Source of the DNA: Candidatus Cloacimonadota bacterium
GTDB lineage: Bacteria > Cloacimonadota > Cloacimonadia > G963667145
DNA: 64,000 bases
Assembly (NCBI GenBank): GCA_963667255.1
Contig: OY762940.1
Location: 928,001-992,000 of the forward strand
Reading direction: 5' to 3'
In this document: one piece after another, positions 1-9,876 of the stretch
How positions within the stretch are numbered: position 1 is the stretch's first letter
How the letters are laid out: each line of letters begins with the position of its first letter
The notes under the pieces: generated by a model
Seen by the model: the letters and a program-made list of their open reading frames with translations, nothing else
The model's database searches: none
Told to the model about the DNA's origin: nothing
Position numbers and translations under genes: made by a program

Positions 1-336
1 TGCATAAGTTCTCAAATCTTCGTGGAGAAACTCAACATTTAGCTCGCTAATTTTAGAGTTGTGTTTTGCGAGCTGGATTAGATTTTCTTGGATGTCGATT
101 CCAGTTATTTGCCAGTTTGGTTTGGAGAGTTTTAGCATAAAACTCAAAATCCCACAACCACAACCGATATCCAAAACTTTCAAGAAATCTTGAGGATGAT
201 TTCCCAAAACTGTTTCCACCAAAAAATTCCCGTCACTGGAGACAGCTTGCTCTGACGGAGATTGATAGATGATTTTTTTGTTAGGGAGATAGATTTTTTT
301 TAAATTGGCAGAGTTTGTAAAATAGTTGTTTCCCAA
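1..336 (-). CDS. SAM-dependent methyltransferase (TrmN6/YfiC-like), runs off the window edge
   Basis: Manual translation from TTG at 336 gives ...KVLDIGCGCGILSFML...ITGIDIQ (SAM motif I and acidic motif II). Not in the ORF track because it is truncated. Confidence 0.75.
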   Translation of the reverse strand, partial: MGNNYFTNSANLKKIYLPNKKIIYQSPSEQAVSSDGNFLVETVLGNHPQDFLKVLDIGCGCGILSFMLKLSKPNWQITGIDIQENLIQLAKHNSKISELNVEFLHEDLRTYA

Positions 337-341
337 TTGAT

Positions 342-938
342 TTATAGATTTATCCAATTTTTTAACAATTTCAAGCCTATTTTTCCGCTTTTCTCGGGAT
401 GAAACTGTGTGCCATACACATTACCTCGTTGCAAAATCGCACCAAAATCCACATCGTATGTGCAGGTCGCCAAAATATCGCTCTCATTTCTCGCCATCGG
501 ATAAAAGCTGTGAACGAAGTAAAAATCGCTACCATTAGAGATTTCGGCAAATAGAGGATGTTCCTGTTCGTAGTGAACTTGATTCCAACCCATTTGAGGC
601 ACTCTTTGGCAGGTAAATTTTTCGCAATTCCCCTTGAAAAACCCGAACCCTTTTGCAGTTGGAGCTTCGGTGCTGCTCTCCATAAGAAGTTGTAAACCAA
701 CGCAAATCCCCAAGAAAGGTCTATCGTTATTTAGCCATTCGAGCAGTTCGGAGTAGCAACCAGAGTTCTCCAGTTTAGCGGATGCATGCCCAAAATGTCC
801 GACTCCTGGCAAGACGATTTTGTCCGCTTTTTTCAGGTCAGTTGGCGAATTGGTAATTACATATTTTGCACCAAGATAGTTGAGAGCGTTTTTTACAGAG
901 TGCAGATTTCCCGCTCCGTAGTCGATGATGGCTATCAT
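342..938 (-). CDS. hisH: Imidazole glycerol phosphate synthase glutaminase subunit
   Basis: IIDYGAGN, LPGVG, LGICVGLQ and QFHPEKS motifs. Confidence 0.96.
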   Translation of the reverse strand: MIAIIDYGAGNLHSVKNALNYLGAKYVITNSPTDLKKADKIVLPGVGHFGHASAKLENSGCYSELLEWLNNDRPFLGICVGLQLLMESSTEAPTAKGFGFFKGNCEKFTCQRVPQMGWNQVHYEQEHPLFAEISNGSDFYFVHSFYPMARNESDILATCTYDVDFGAILQRGNVYGTQFHPEKSGKIGLKLLKNWINL

Positions 939-1789
939 GCGTTGTCCTTGTTATTTTTCATTAGGATGTATGAGCCTATTTTTAATCCGATGTGGTCGGC
1001 GATGACTTGGCATTTTGCTTTGAGGAAGAAATAAATCGGCAAATCGGTATCGGAGAGAGCTTCGTAATTTCCTTGCCCTTTGCTGATAATCAGGTCTGCA
1101 TTTTCCAGTTTTTTTCTAAATTCAGGAGAACAAAATTTCGGAACAGTCCCGGGGATTTTCGCTCCCGAACTGACAACCGTAGCAACTTCATCGATGCCGA
1201 TTTTTTTAGCCCAATCTACTGTAATGTCGTTGATAACGGGGATTTCCCGAGTTGCGTAAGTTACAGGCTTATTAATCTGTTCAATGAAGATTTTGTCGAA
1301 AACCCCCTCGGCTGTGTTGTCCCCAAGATAGATGATCGATTTAGCTTTTTGGATGTCTTGCCTAAAAAGTTCAAAATCGTCTATGGCAAATTTGGCAGAA
1401 ACTACGCTTTTAATCTCTTTCTCCATGTCGTATTCCAAGCAAGCACCCAAATCGATTACATTTCCCGCTATCGCTAATCTGGCAGCGGTCAACAGTTTGT
1501 CGCTGGAGTCAGTCAAGATTTTGCTTATTTTGGGTAATAGAGTTTGTGCTTTGGCAACATTTGTTGCTTTAATCTCCGCGTATGGGTCGTCATTTTTCAG
1601 GTAGTCTTTCAGATTGGAATGGATGAAATGGGCAATCTCTGGAGAGGTTGAGTTCATATCGATTTTTGTGAAAAGAGAGCCGGTAAAATCAACAATCTTT
1701 TTTTGTGTTTGTTCTTCCAAATTCGAGAGTCTGGCAAGGTGTAGTGTTTGTCGCAAAAAGCAGGGGAAGCAGTCCAAGCAGGCTTTCAT
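935..1789 (-). CDS. DUF89/ARMT1-like damage-control metal-dependent phosphatase
   Basis: Start reassigned to ATG at 1789 (MKACLDCFPC, CxxC). AGNVID, DNTAEG, INDIT and SKGQGNYEAL motifs. Overlaps the hisB stop. Confidence 0.85.
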   Translation of the reverse strand: MKACLDCFPCFLRQTLHLARLSNLEEQTQKKIVDFTGSLFTKIDMNSTSPEIAHFIHSNLKDYLKNDDPYAEIKATNVAKAQTLLPKISKILTDSSDKLLTAARLAIAGNVIDLGACLEYDMEKEIKSVVSAKFAIDDFELFRQDIQKAKSIIYLGDNTAEGVFDKIFIEQINKPVTYATREIPVINDITVDWAKKIGIDEVATVVSSGAKIPGTVPKFCSPEFRKKLENADLIISKGQGNYEALSDTDLPIYFFLKAKCQVIADHIGLKIGSYILMKNNKDNA

Positions 1790-2376
1790 ATGCTTCCTTT
1801 TGTTGAGGGAATTTTGTTCGTGGCTCTCGGCAGATAGTTGCAGGCGAAGCGAAGAGATTTTGCCAACGCTTTGAAACACGCTTCCAATTTGTGATGGTCG
1901 CTGCGACCGTAAGGCATTCTGATTACGAGATTTGCAGGAATATTTTGGGCAAGGCTTTCGAAAAAATCTGGCATCAAATCTAAGTCGAGTTCTCCACAAA
2001 ATTGGCGTTGGAATTGGCAATCGTATTGCAGATAGGCTCTTCCGCCCAAATCGACAGCGACCACAGCCAAGGCTTCGTCCATCGGATAGACGAAGTATCC
2101 GCTTCTTTCGATGCCTTTTTTGTCGCCGAGAGCTTGGCAAAACGCTTGTCCTAAGACGATTCCCAAATCTTCCACGAGGTGATGTTGGTCAACATGTAGG
2201 TCTCCCTTCGCAGTTATTTGCAAATCGAAAAGACCGTGTTTTGCCAGCCCTTCCAACATATGGTCGAGAAAACCAATTCCCGTGTTGATTTGAGCTGTTC
2301 CTTCGCCATCAATGTTCAACCGAACACTGATTTCGGTTTCATTAGTTTTGCGGGAGATAGTGGCAGTTCTTGTCAT
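1786..2376 (-). CDS. hisB: Imidazoleglycerol-phosphate dehydratase (monofunctional)
   Basis: MTRTATISRKTNET start, FLDHML, DQHHLVED, PMDEAL, HHKLEA, PSTKG. Confidence 0.96.
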   Translation of the reverse strand: MTRTATISRKTNETEISVRLNIDGEGTAQINTGIGFLDHMLEGLAKHGLFDLQITAKGDLHVDQHHLVEDLGIVLGQAFCQALGDKKGIERSGYFVYPMDEALAVVAVDLGGRAYLQYDCQFQRQFCGELDLDLMPDFFESLAQNIPANLVIRMPYGRSDHHKLEACFKALAKSLRFACNYLPRATNKIPSTKGSI

Positions 2377-2378
2377 TT

Positions 2379-4040
2379 TTATCCTAAAATTAAATTCGTT
2401 ATCTCTGTAATATCGCTGATATAGTAGTCGGTTTTGGGATTGTCTATCAAGCTGATATTTGTGCAATTAGCATCAAGAGAGGCGAGAATGTCGTCCACGG
2501 TGTCGCCCACATACACGATTAGTTCAGCTTTGCTTTTTTCTTTGAGGAGGCTCAATCCGTATCCGCTCGGCTTGGATTTTTCGCCTGTGTCTTCCTGACC
2601 GATTTCCCAAGAGAATAACTCCTTTACTCCGAAAAAATCGAGAGCGTATTCTATGTCTTTGTTGGGTCTGCCGGAGAAGATTGCCAGCGGAATCTCTTCG
2701 TTGATTTTTTGCAAATCGGCAATCGGCAATAACCATTTTTCCGATTTTTTATTTTCACTGTAATAAGACTCAAATTTGTCAATCAACTCCTGTTTATCGA
2801 TGGTTATATTTCGTTGTTGCAAGGCGTATTCGGTCAAATCCCAATCGCAGTTGTATCCGCCCATGTTGCGAATTTCGTCGATTTCGTCTGCGGAGATTTC
2901 GTCGTTAGAGTAATGTGCAACTGTGTCCTTGATGGACTTGATGTAAGACAAATCGACATCAATGAGAGTTCCGTCCATATCGAAAACCAAGAGCTTATTT
3001 TCCCAGATTTTTTTAAATTCGGAGCGGAATTTTGTGTTTTCTTCGGGAGTTCCCATAGAGATTCGCAGATAATTTTTCAGCATGGGATTGCTCCCTTGAT
3101 GCCGCACCATTATCTCTTTTGAATACAGATTGGAAAAAATCTCTTTGCTCCAAACACCTGTTTTCACCAAAAGGAAATTGGTTTCGCTTGGCAGATATTT
3201 GATGTTTAGGGAATCGAAAAAATCTTGCATTTTGGTTTTTTCATCTTTGACTGTAGCCAAAATTTGTCGGAAGTGATTTTCGTCGTTCAGAGCGATTTGT
3301 GCTGCCATCAGAGAAAAATAGTTAATTCTAAACGGCAACGAAACTTTTTTTACCTGTTCCATTGTAGCGGGGTTACTCATCGCAAAGCCGATTCTGTGTC
3401 CGGCAAGAGCGTAGGCTTTGGAGAAAGTTCGCAAGACGATTACATTTTCGTGAGTCAAAACCAAATTCCAAAGTTCCTCTTTGGCGAAATGCACATACGC
3501 TTCGTCCAGCACCAAAAGTGAGTTGGGAGCGTTTGTCAGGATTTTTTCGATTGTTTGCCTGTCCAGCATATCTCCGGTTGGATTGTTCGGATTTACGAGG
3601 ATGATTAATCTTGGGTTGATTTTTGCTTTTTCCAAAAATTCATCAACAGGGAAGTTCAAATCTTTGTCATAGCAGATTTTTTCCGCAATTGCACCTTTTA
3701 TCTGCAAGAGCAAGTAATAGACGGAGAAAGTGGGAAATGGGATGAGAACTCTGTCGCCTTCGGTGATGAAAGCTTCCAAGATTAGCGTAATTGCTTCGTT
3801 AGAGCCGTTGCAAACCAAGAAGTATTTGGGGTCGATTTTGAAATATTCCGCTAAACTCTCGATAAGTGAATCTTCTTGAGGATAGACACAGGAGAGAGTT
3901 GGGTCGAATTTGAGATTCTTGAGTTTGGGAGTAGGAGGCAAATTGACCTCGTTGAAGTCCAAGCGGATTTTGTCAATTCTGTCTGAAGGAGGAGCTTGAT
4001 ATGGAGCGACTTCATCCAAATTTGATTTTGCTTTTATCAT
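2379..4040 (-). CDS. hisC: Histidinol-phosphate aminotransferase fused to a C-terminal HAD phosphatase
   Basis: NPNNPTG, DEAY and RTFSKAYALAGHRIG (PLP lysine), followed by FDMDGTLID, SGRP, KP and YVGDTVDD (HAD motifs I-IV). Confidence 0.9.
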   Translation of the reverse strand: MIKAKSNLDEVAPYQAPPSDRIDKIRLDFNEVNLPPTPKLKNLKFDPTLSCVYPQEDSLIESLAEYFKIDPKYFLVCNGSNEAITLILEAFITEGDRVLIPFPTFSVYYLLLQIKGAIAEKICYDKDLNFPVDEFLEKAKINPRLIILVNPNNPTGDMLDRQTIEKILTNAPNSLLVLDEAYVHFAKEELWNLVLTHENVIVLRTFSKAYALAGHRIGFAMSNPATMEQVKKVSLPFRINYFSLMAAQIALNDENHFRQILATVKDEKTKMQDFFDSLNIKYLPSETNFLLVKTGVWSKEIFSNLYSKEIMVRHQGSNPMLKNYLRISMGTPEENTKFRSEFKKIWENKLLVFDMDGTLIDVDLSYIKSIKDTVAHYSNDEISADEIDEIRNMGGYNCDWDLTEYALQQRNITIDKQELIDKFESYYSENKKSEKWLLPIADLQKINEEIPLAIFSGRPNKDIEYALDFFGVKELFSWEIGQEDTGEKSKPSGYGLSLLKEKSKAELIVYVGDTVDDILASLDANCTNISLIDNPKTDYYISDITEITNLILG

Positions 4041-4894
4041 AAGATTACCTTACTCAAATTGTATTCCAAAATGTCGCAGGCTCCCCATTTTTTCAGCTTT
4101 GGTAATAAATCGGGGACATCGGCGGTATCCAAAGTGATTTTTACGGCATAGCCTGCATCTCTGGCTAGCGGCATCACGGTTGGCGATTTTAGGCAAGGGA
4201 GTCTGTCGATGATTTCCGTCTTGTCACTGGGGATGTTCATCTCTATCATCGATTTGTTTCTTCCCAAAAGGATAGCCTCAAAGAGCATTTTCAGCTCCAT
4301 AATTTTTTCGCACTTCCACGGGTCGTCCAGTGCTGAAGTAGCGGCAACGAAGTTGGTAGCGGAGTGCATTATCTCGCCGACTATTTTTAAGTTGTTGTCC
4401 CTAAGGGTGTTACCGGTGGAAGTGTTGTCGATAATCATGTCGGCATCCTCGGGAGGATACACTTCCGTCGCTCCGTGCACCGTGAGGAATTTGTAGTTAA
4501 ATCCTTGCTTATCTAGCCAATCAGTTGCAATTTTTTTGTATTCGGAAACTACGATAATTTCTCTTTTTTTCAGCTCTTCGAGAGAATAATTTTCAGGAAT
4601 TGCAGCCACAATTTTCACGGGATTTAGCCCCAAGGACAACACAGTTGTAATTTGGTCGGAGACTTCAGATTCCATTATCCAGTCTTCTCCGGTAAATCCG
4701 ATGTCGTGTCTGCCAAAAGCCAGAAGATTAGCGATATTGCGTGGTTTCATTATCTTTACGATAAGGTCGTTTTTATTCGTTGCCGGACGAAGACCTCTGC
4801 CACTGAGAGTCAAAATAACTCCGGCTTCAGTTAGCAAATCTTTTACTTGGTCAAAAATTCTTCCTTTCGGTAAAACTAAATTTATGTTTTTCAT
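4037..4894 (-). CDS. hisG: ATP phosphoribosyltransferase, long form
   Basis: LPKGR, DIGFTGEDW, GATE, DNTSTGNTLRDNNL, plus C-terminal regulatory domain (SPTV). Confidence 0.95.
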   Translation of the reverse strand: MKNINLVLPKGRIFDQVKDLLTEAGVILTLSGRGLRPATNKNDLIVKIMKPRNIANLLAFGRHDIGFTGEDWIMESEVSDQITTVLSLGLNPVKIVAAIPENYSLEELKKREIIVVSEYKKIATDWLDKQGFNYKFLTVHGATEVYPPEDADMIIDNTSTGNTLRDNNLKIVGEIMHSATNFVAATSALDDPWKCEKIMELKMLFEAILLGRNKSMIEMNIPSDKTEIIDRLPCLKSPTVMPLARDAGYAVKITLDTADVPDLLPKLKKWGACDILEYNLSKVIL

Positions 4895-4904
4895 CTTGTT
4901 CCTT

Positions 4905-5231
4905 TTATTCAGCTAAAATATCTTCAATTTCTTTGATGGTTTTTAAAATATTTTTTTTCAGTGTAGCTCGTTCAAAATCGATTTCTATCTCATCTTTTTT
5001 GTCTTGGTTGTTTAAAACCTTCTTTGCTCCCTTGATGGTATATCCTTGTGTGTGAAGCATATACTTAATTTTTTCGAGAAGTTTAATCTCCTTTTTACTG
5101 TATTGTCGCTTTCTTCCCGAGAGCTTACTTGGGGATAGCTGTTTGAATTCGTTTCCCCAATAGCGAATAGTGTAATCCGGTAGTTTCAAAAGATTACAGA
5201 CTTCTCCAATCGAATAATAAGTCTTTTCCAT
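4905..5231 (-). CDS. MerR-family HTH transcriptional regulator
   Basis: Start ATG 5231: MEKTYYSIGEVC...IRYW...RQY...GYTIKGAK. Confidence 0.85.
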   Translation of the reverse strand: MEKTYYSIGEVCNLLKLPDYTIRYWGNEFKQLSPSKLSGRKRQYSKKEIKLLEKIKYMLHTQGYTIKGAKKVLNNQDKKDEIEIDFERATLKKNILKTIKEIEDILAE

Positions 5232-5397
5232 ACTATGGTGAACGAAACAGGGATGCACTTTGTTGTAAAGTGTAAATTCTAAAATTTTTGGTTGACAGCA
5301 CACGAAGTCAAATGAGATTACAGATGAGTTTTGAGGTTCTGTTTGCTTTGAGTTTTTCTTATTTGTTGTTTGATTGATATACGGTTGAGGTTTTAGA

Positions 5398-6168
5398 ATG
5401 AAAAAAAGTTTTCTATTTTTTGTATTGGTTCTTTGTATCAGCTCTCTTTGGAGTTTTGATTTTGTTAGAGTTAAAGCGGCTACTTTTGTTAGAGGAATTG
5501 ACGATGGTGACGAAGATGTTAGACCTAAGCACGAGGTTTTCGTTAAATCTTTTTATATTTCAAAATATGAGGTTACACAAAAAGAGTGGAACAAGATTAT
5601 GGAATTTAATAACTCTCCTGTTAAAGGTGATAATTATCCCGTGTCTAATGTCTCTTGGTGGGATGCAGTGGAATTTTGTAATAAATTGAGCATCAAAGAG
5701 GGGTTAACTCCTTGTTATGATTTGCTGAAAGGTGAGATGATAAAATGCAATTATGATGCTTCTGGTTATAGGTTACCTTCGGAAGCGGAGTGGGAGTTGG
5801 CTGCTATAGGCGGAAGTGATGGAAACCGCAAAGCCTATTCAGGTAGTGAAGGAAGTGTGGATGTAGCTTGGATTAAGGGTTCTAATCCTAATCCTGTAGG
5901 GACGAAAAAACCTAACGAATTGGGAATTTTTGATATGAGTGGGAATGTCGCAGAATGGTGTAACGATTGGTACGACAAGCAGTATTACAAGTTTGCTTCT
6001 GTAAAGCATGATAATCCTCATGGTGCAAATTACGGTTATTACAGGGTTATTAGAGGTGGAAGTTATAAAGAGGATGAGGGTAATTCGCGAGTCTTTTTCA
6101 GAAGTTTCAACAAGCCTCAAAATCGTCTCATATCAAAAGGCTTTAGGGTTGTCAGGTCTTTTTTGTAA
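5398..6168 (+). CDS. Exported formylglycine-generating-enzyme (SUMF1/FGE-sulfatase) domain protein
   Basis: Signal peptide; YEVTQ, RLPSEAEWE, DMSGNVAEW, RGGS, GFRVVR. Confidence 0.9.
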   Translation: MKKSFLFFVLVLCISSLWSFDFVRVKAATFVRGIDDGDEDVRPKHEVFVKSFYISKYEVTQKEWNKIMEFNNSPVKGDNYPVSNVSWWDAVEFCNKLSIKEGLTPCYDLLKGEMIKCNYDASGYRLPSEAEWELAAIGGSDGNRKAYSGSEGSVDVAWIKGSNPNPVGTKKPNELGIFDMSGNVAEWCNDWYDKQYYKFASVKHDNPHGANYGYYRVIRGGSYKEDEGNSRVFFRSFNKPQNRLISKGFRVVRSFL

Positions 6169-6171
6169 TTC

Positions 6172-7473
6172 ATGAAGATATTAGAGAGGTATTTGCTTAG
6201 AGAGTCTTTTAAACCCTTTATTGGTGCTTTGGGAGTCTTCACATCTTTGTTTTTGATTGATATGATTATCAGCAAATTGAGCCTTATCATCCAAAAGAAA
6301 CTTTCGTTTTTCACAGTGGTGAGTTTATTCGGATACAGTCTGCCGGCAATGGTGGCTCTTACTATCCCTATGGCTATTCTGTTTGCCTCCATCATGACTT
6401 TTGGCAAGTTGTCCATAGATAACGAATTGACAGCGATAAAGTCTTGTGGTGTCAGCATTTACCGACTGATGCGACCATTGTATCTTTTGGTAACTTTGTT
6501 TTCTTGTTTTATGTTGTATTTCAATCATATTGTCTTGCCCGACAGTAACTATCTTTCTAGAGATTTGCTGCTGCATATAGCGTATCGCAATCCCATTAGC
6601 AATATTAAGACGGGTGTTTTTAATAAAAATCAGAATATTTCCGATTTGGTGATTTTTGCTGGAGGCAAGGACGACAAATATTTGCTGGATGTGCTGATAT
6701 ACAACAAGGGGCAACGGGAAACTTTTCAGATAGTTAGTGCGAAATACGGCGAGATTGATTTGGCGAATAACGGTAACGATATGGTGGCAAGGCTCTATGA
6801 TGGCGAAATTCACGAAAAAAGCATAAAAAACCCGGGTGATTATCGGGTTGTTAAGTTTAAGAAATTCAATTTCAATATTTTCGGGAGCACTAATCAGGGT
6901 GACCTCAGGCATACTCTCGGCGATAGAGAGATGAACACCAAGATTATGTTGGGGAAGATTGCTGAGAATAAGCAAATAATTCTTACAGCCGATTCTTTGC
7001 GAAAGATTTACGATGATAGATTGCAGACTATGGAGAAAGGGGAAAAATTCAATTCAGTTACCAGTTTGTTGTTGCAGGAAGAGAACAAGATGAAACGGTA
7101 TCAAGAGTATAATTATGCTTACTGGGTGGAAATTCACAAGAAAAATGCTTTGGCTTTTGCTTGTATTATTTTTCTTTTTTTGGGAGTTCCTGTCGGCTTG
7201 ATGGCTAAAAGCAGTGGAGTGGGAGCGGCTTTCGGTTTCAGTATGGTTGTTTTTGTGGCTTACCATTCTATGTTGCTCGGAGGAGAGGAGTTAGCCGATA
7301 GAGGATATGTTGCTCCTTGGGTTGCTATGTGGCTTGCCAATATTGTGCTTGTGGTGTTGGGGATTTTTCTCACTTGGAAATCCCGCCATGACACGAACGC
7401 TTTTGATTCGATTAGGTTTAAGGTTAGGATGTTCTTCAAGAAGATATTTAAAGGGAAGAAGGAAGTGAGTTGA
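6172..7473 (+). CDS. lptF: LPS export ABC permease LptF
   Basis: YjgP/Q architecture: three TM helices, NELTAIKSCGVS, periplasmic domain, three TM helices; paired with the next gene. Confidence 0.85.
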   Translation: MKILERYLLRESFKPFIGALGVFTSLFLIDMIISKLSLIIQKKLSFFTVVSLFGYSLPAMVALTIPMAILFASIMTFGKLSIDNELTAIKSCGVSIYRLMRPLYLLVTLFSCFMLYFNHIVLPDSNYLSRDLLLHIAYRNPISNIKTGVFNKNQNISDLVIFAGGKDDKYLLDVLIYNKGQRETFQIVSAKYGEIDLANNGNDMVARLYDGEIHEKSIKNPGDYRVVKFKKFNFNIFGSTNQGDLRHTLGDREMNTKIMLGKIAENKQIILTADSLRKIYDDRLQTMEKGEKFNSVTSLLLQEENKMKRYQEYNYAYWVEIHKKNALAFACIIFLFLGVPVGLMAKSSGVGAAFGFSMVVFVAYHSMLLGGEELADRGYVAPWVAMWLANIVLVVLGIFLTWKSRHDTNAFDSIRFKVRMFFKKIFKGKKEVS

Positions 7474-8564
7474 TTAAGATTTTAGACCGCTATATTTTGG
7501 GCTCTTACATCAGAAACTTTGTTTTGATTAGTTTGTCATTTTCAGTTCTTTTTGTTGTTATCAGCATTTTTGACAGGCTTACCAGATTTATGAGATACGG
7601 AGCCACATTGCCGGACGCTTTGGCGTATTTTTTGTATAATATGCCTTATCTTTTCGTTCTTACTTCTCCAGTTGCTGTTTTGCTATCCAGTTTGTTTTTG
7701 ATGAACAAGCTTTCCAAGTTCAACGAATCTGTTGCCGTTAGAGCATCGGGAAGAAGTATCGTTCGGATGGTAATGCCAATTTTTATTTTTGGTATTTTCT
7801 ACAGTTTTTTTGTTATGTGGGTTGGAGAAGCTGTTTTGCCCAAAGCTATCCAGCTGAGAGAGCACACTTACATTGTCAAAATTCGCAAGGAGAAGATGGA
7901 AGACATCAAGCGGAGAGCCAATATTAACTATAAAGGTAACAACAATCTTTTCTTCAATATCGGCTTTTTCGATGGATACAGCAATAAATTGTATAATATT
8001 GACATTGTGCAGTTTAGTCCCGAGACAGGTGGGTTAGTGCAGACTATTGCTTCTCATGCTGCGAGGTGGGATGGCGATAAATGGCTTTTTGACCATTGCT
8101 ATATTCGCAAGTTTGAGGATGGGATGCCGACGGAAATTGAGCTATTTGAAAAAGATAAGGTCATTCCTATCGTTGATGTTAAGCCGATTGATTTTGTCAA
8201 ATCTTCCAAAGACCCCTTGGCGATGAGCTATTTTGAACTCAAGGAGTATATTGGTCGGCAGGAAAAAGTAGGGGAAAAGTGTTTGAAAGAGCGAGTTGAT
8301 TTGGCTACGAAATTGGCATTCCCTTTTGCGAATTTGATTATTCTCTTCTTTAGTGTGCCGATGGCTTCCGCATCCGTTCGCAGTAGGACTCGCAGTGTTG
8401 TTTTCTTGGTAGGGTTGGTGGTTTGTTTCGTTTTCCTTGCTGCTTTGCGGGTCAGTCAAAATTTGGGATATTCTGGCATATTGTCGCCATTTTTTGCAGC
8501 GTGGTCTCCCAATATCCTTTTCGCTATTTTGGGAGTTGCATTTTCTTCCAAAGCAGAGGTTTAG
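7470..8564 (+). CDS. lptG: LPS export ABC permease LptG
   Basis: ILDRYI, NESVAVRASGRS and AAWSPN motifs. Confidence 0.85.
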   Translation: MIKILDRYILGSYIRNFVLISLSFSVLFVVISIFDRLTRFMRYGATLPDALAYFLYNMPYLFVLTSPVAVLLSSLFLMNKLSKFNESVAVRASGRSIVRMVMPIFIFGIFYSFFVMWVGEAVLPKAIQLREHTYIVKIRKEKMEDIKRRANINYKGNNNLFFNIGFFDGYSNKLYNIDIVQFSPETGGLVQTIASHAARWDGDKWLFDHCYIRKFEDGMPTEIELFEKDKVIPIVDVKPIDFVKSSKDPLAMSYFELKEYIGRQEKVGEKCLKERVDLATKLAFPFANLIILFFSVPMASASVRSRTRSVVFLVGLVVCFVFLAALRVSQNLGYSGILSPFFAAWSPNILFAILGVAFSSKAEV

Positions 8565-8565
8565 G

Positions 8566-9480
8566 CTATCTAAAGAGATTTCCCAGAATTGCAAATATTT
8601 CTTGCAGATTTGTGCTGAGATTGATTTTCACTCGTGCTTCAGCACCGTTTCGGATTCCTTTGGTGTATTTGGCGATATGAGAACGCATCGTGATGATGCC
8701 CTTGGTTTCGCCATAGTATTTGATAGATAGGGAATAGTGTCGCTTTATAGTCTCGATTTTCCCTTGATTTGTTGGGATTTTATTCGAGAAAATCCATGGA
8801 TTGCCGATAGCCCCACGACCTATCATCACACCGTCGCAATTGGTTTCGTTCTTCATTTTTTCGATGTCTTCTTTGGTAAAAATATCGCCATTGCCGATGA
8901 CGGGGATATTGGTTTCGTTTTTCAGAATTTTTATGTGCTCCCAGTTGCTTATGCCGGCAAACATCTGACTTTTTGTGCGAGGATGTAGGACGAGAGCGTC
9001 CGCACCCGATTTTTGCATAAGAAGCCCAAACTCCAAATAGTTGATTTTGGAGAACCCCGAACGGAATTTGACAACCAAGGGGGTGTTTTCGGGCAAAGCA
9101 AGTTTGCATGTTTGCACGATTTGTGAGGCTAATTCTGGCGTGTCCATCAAGGCGGAGCCTGCACCTGTTTTGATTACTTTTTTTACGGGACATCCCATAT
9201 TTAGGCAAAGAAAATCCATTCTTGGCAAAATGGAAATAGCTTTTTGGAAATGAGAAGGGTCACTGCCAAATAGCTGAATGCCGATAGGAGATTCGTCTTC
9301 GGAGGTTTGGGCATATGGCAAGCTTGGTCTGGGATTGTATGCCAAGCCAGCGGCACTCACCATTTCGGTGGTGAGGATATTTGCACCGTTTTCTTTGGCA
9401 ATCATCCTGTAGGGATAGTCGGTAAATCCCGCCAAAGGAGCTAACCATGTGGTATTCTTGCAGAGTTTGTCTATTTGCAT
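8566..9480 (-). CDS. dusB: tRNA-dihydrouridine synthase
   Basis: LAPLAG, QLFGS, NMGCP, HPRT, GNGDI, GRGAIGNPW. Confidence 0.9.
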   Translation of the reverse strand: MQIDKLCKNTTWLAPLAGFTDYPYRMIAKENGANILTTEMVSAAGLAYNPRPSLPYAQTSEDESPIGIQLFGSDPSHFQKAISILPRMDFLCLNMGCPVKKVIKTGAGSALMDTPELASQIVQTCKLALPENTPLVVKFRSGFSKINYLEFGLLMQKSGADALVLHPRTKSQMFAGISNWEHIKILKNETNIPVIGNGDIFTKEDIEKMKNETNCDGVMIGRGAIGNPWIFSNKIPTNQGKIETIKRHYSLSIKYYGETKGIITMRSHIAKYTKGIRNGAEARVKINLSTNLQEIFAILGNLFR

Positions 9481-9504
9481 TTTGCGAGGGTAAGAGGGGA
9501 ATTG

Positions 9505-9876
9505 CTAATTTCTATGAGACAACTTGTAAGTTATAAAAAGGTAGAGTTCATAAAGGTAGAGGGAAATCAAAGGTAAAATCAAACCCAAGCCGAAAATTAG
9601 AATTTCCAATTTGAGATATTTGACCGTAAAGAAACAATAGAGGACTAAAACTAAAAATCTGCCTCCAAACCCCAAGACGATACTTTTTTTTACATTTGTC
9701 GCAGGAGAGAGGGCTACCATCGTGCTAACAGCCATCGATATCAGGAAAAACAGACCTCCGATTAAGCCCAAAAGCAGACTCACTCTTGAGGGTAAAACAA
9801 GACTGGGACACGACAAAACGATACTTAATAAGCAGACCTTTCCCAGATAAATCAGATGTTTTTTATTTGATGGCAT
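9505..9876 (-). CDS. Small 4-TM membrane protein, possibly AtpI-like
   Basis: Four hydrophobic segments with a GGRF motif; follows the bactofilin gene. Confidence 0.45.
   Translation of the reverse strand: MPSNKKHLIYLGKVCLLSIVLSCPSLVLPSRVSLLLGLIGGLFFLISMAVSTMVALSPATNVKKSIVLGFGGRFLVLVLYCFFTVKYLKLEILIFGLGLILPLISLYLYELYLFITYKLSHRN

Noticed and set aside
1790..2140. N-terminal extension of the 935..2140 ORF
   Set aside because: Overlaps hisB in another frame; DUF89 similarity begins at ATG 1789.
5398..6168. Possible diversity-generating retroelement (FGE/CLec-fold target plus Avd-like four-helix bundle at 62094)
   Set aside because: No reverse transcriptase and no template repeat of the 3' end seen in the window; the two genes are 56 kb apart.
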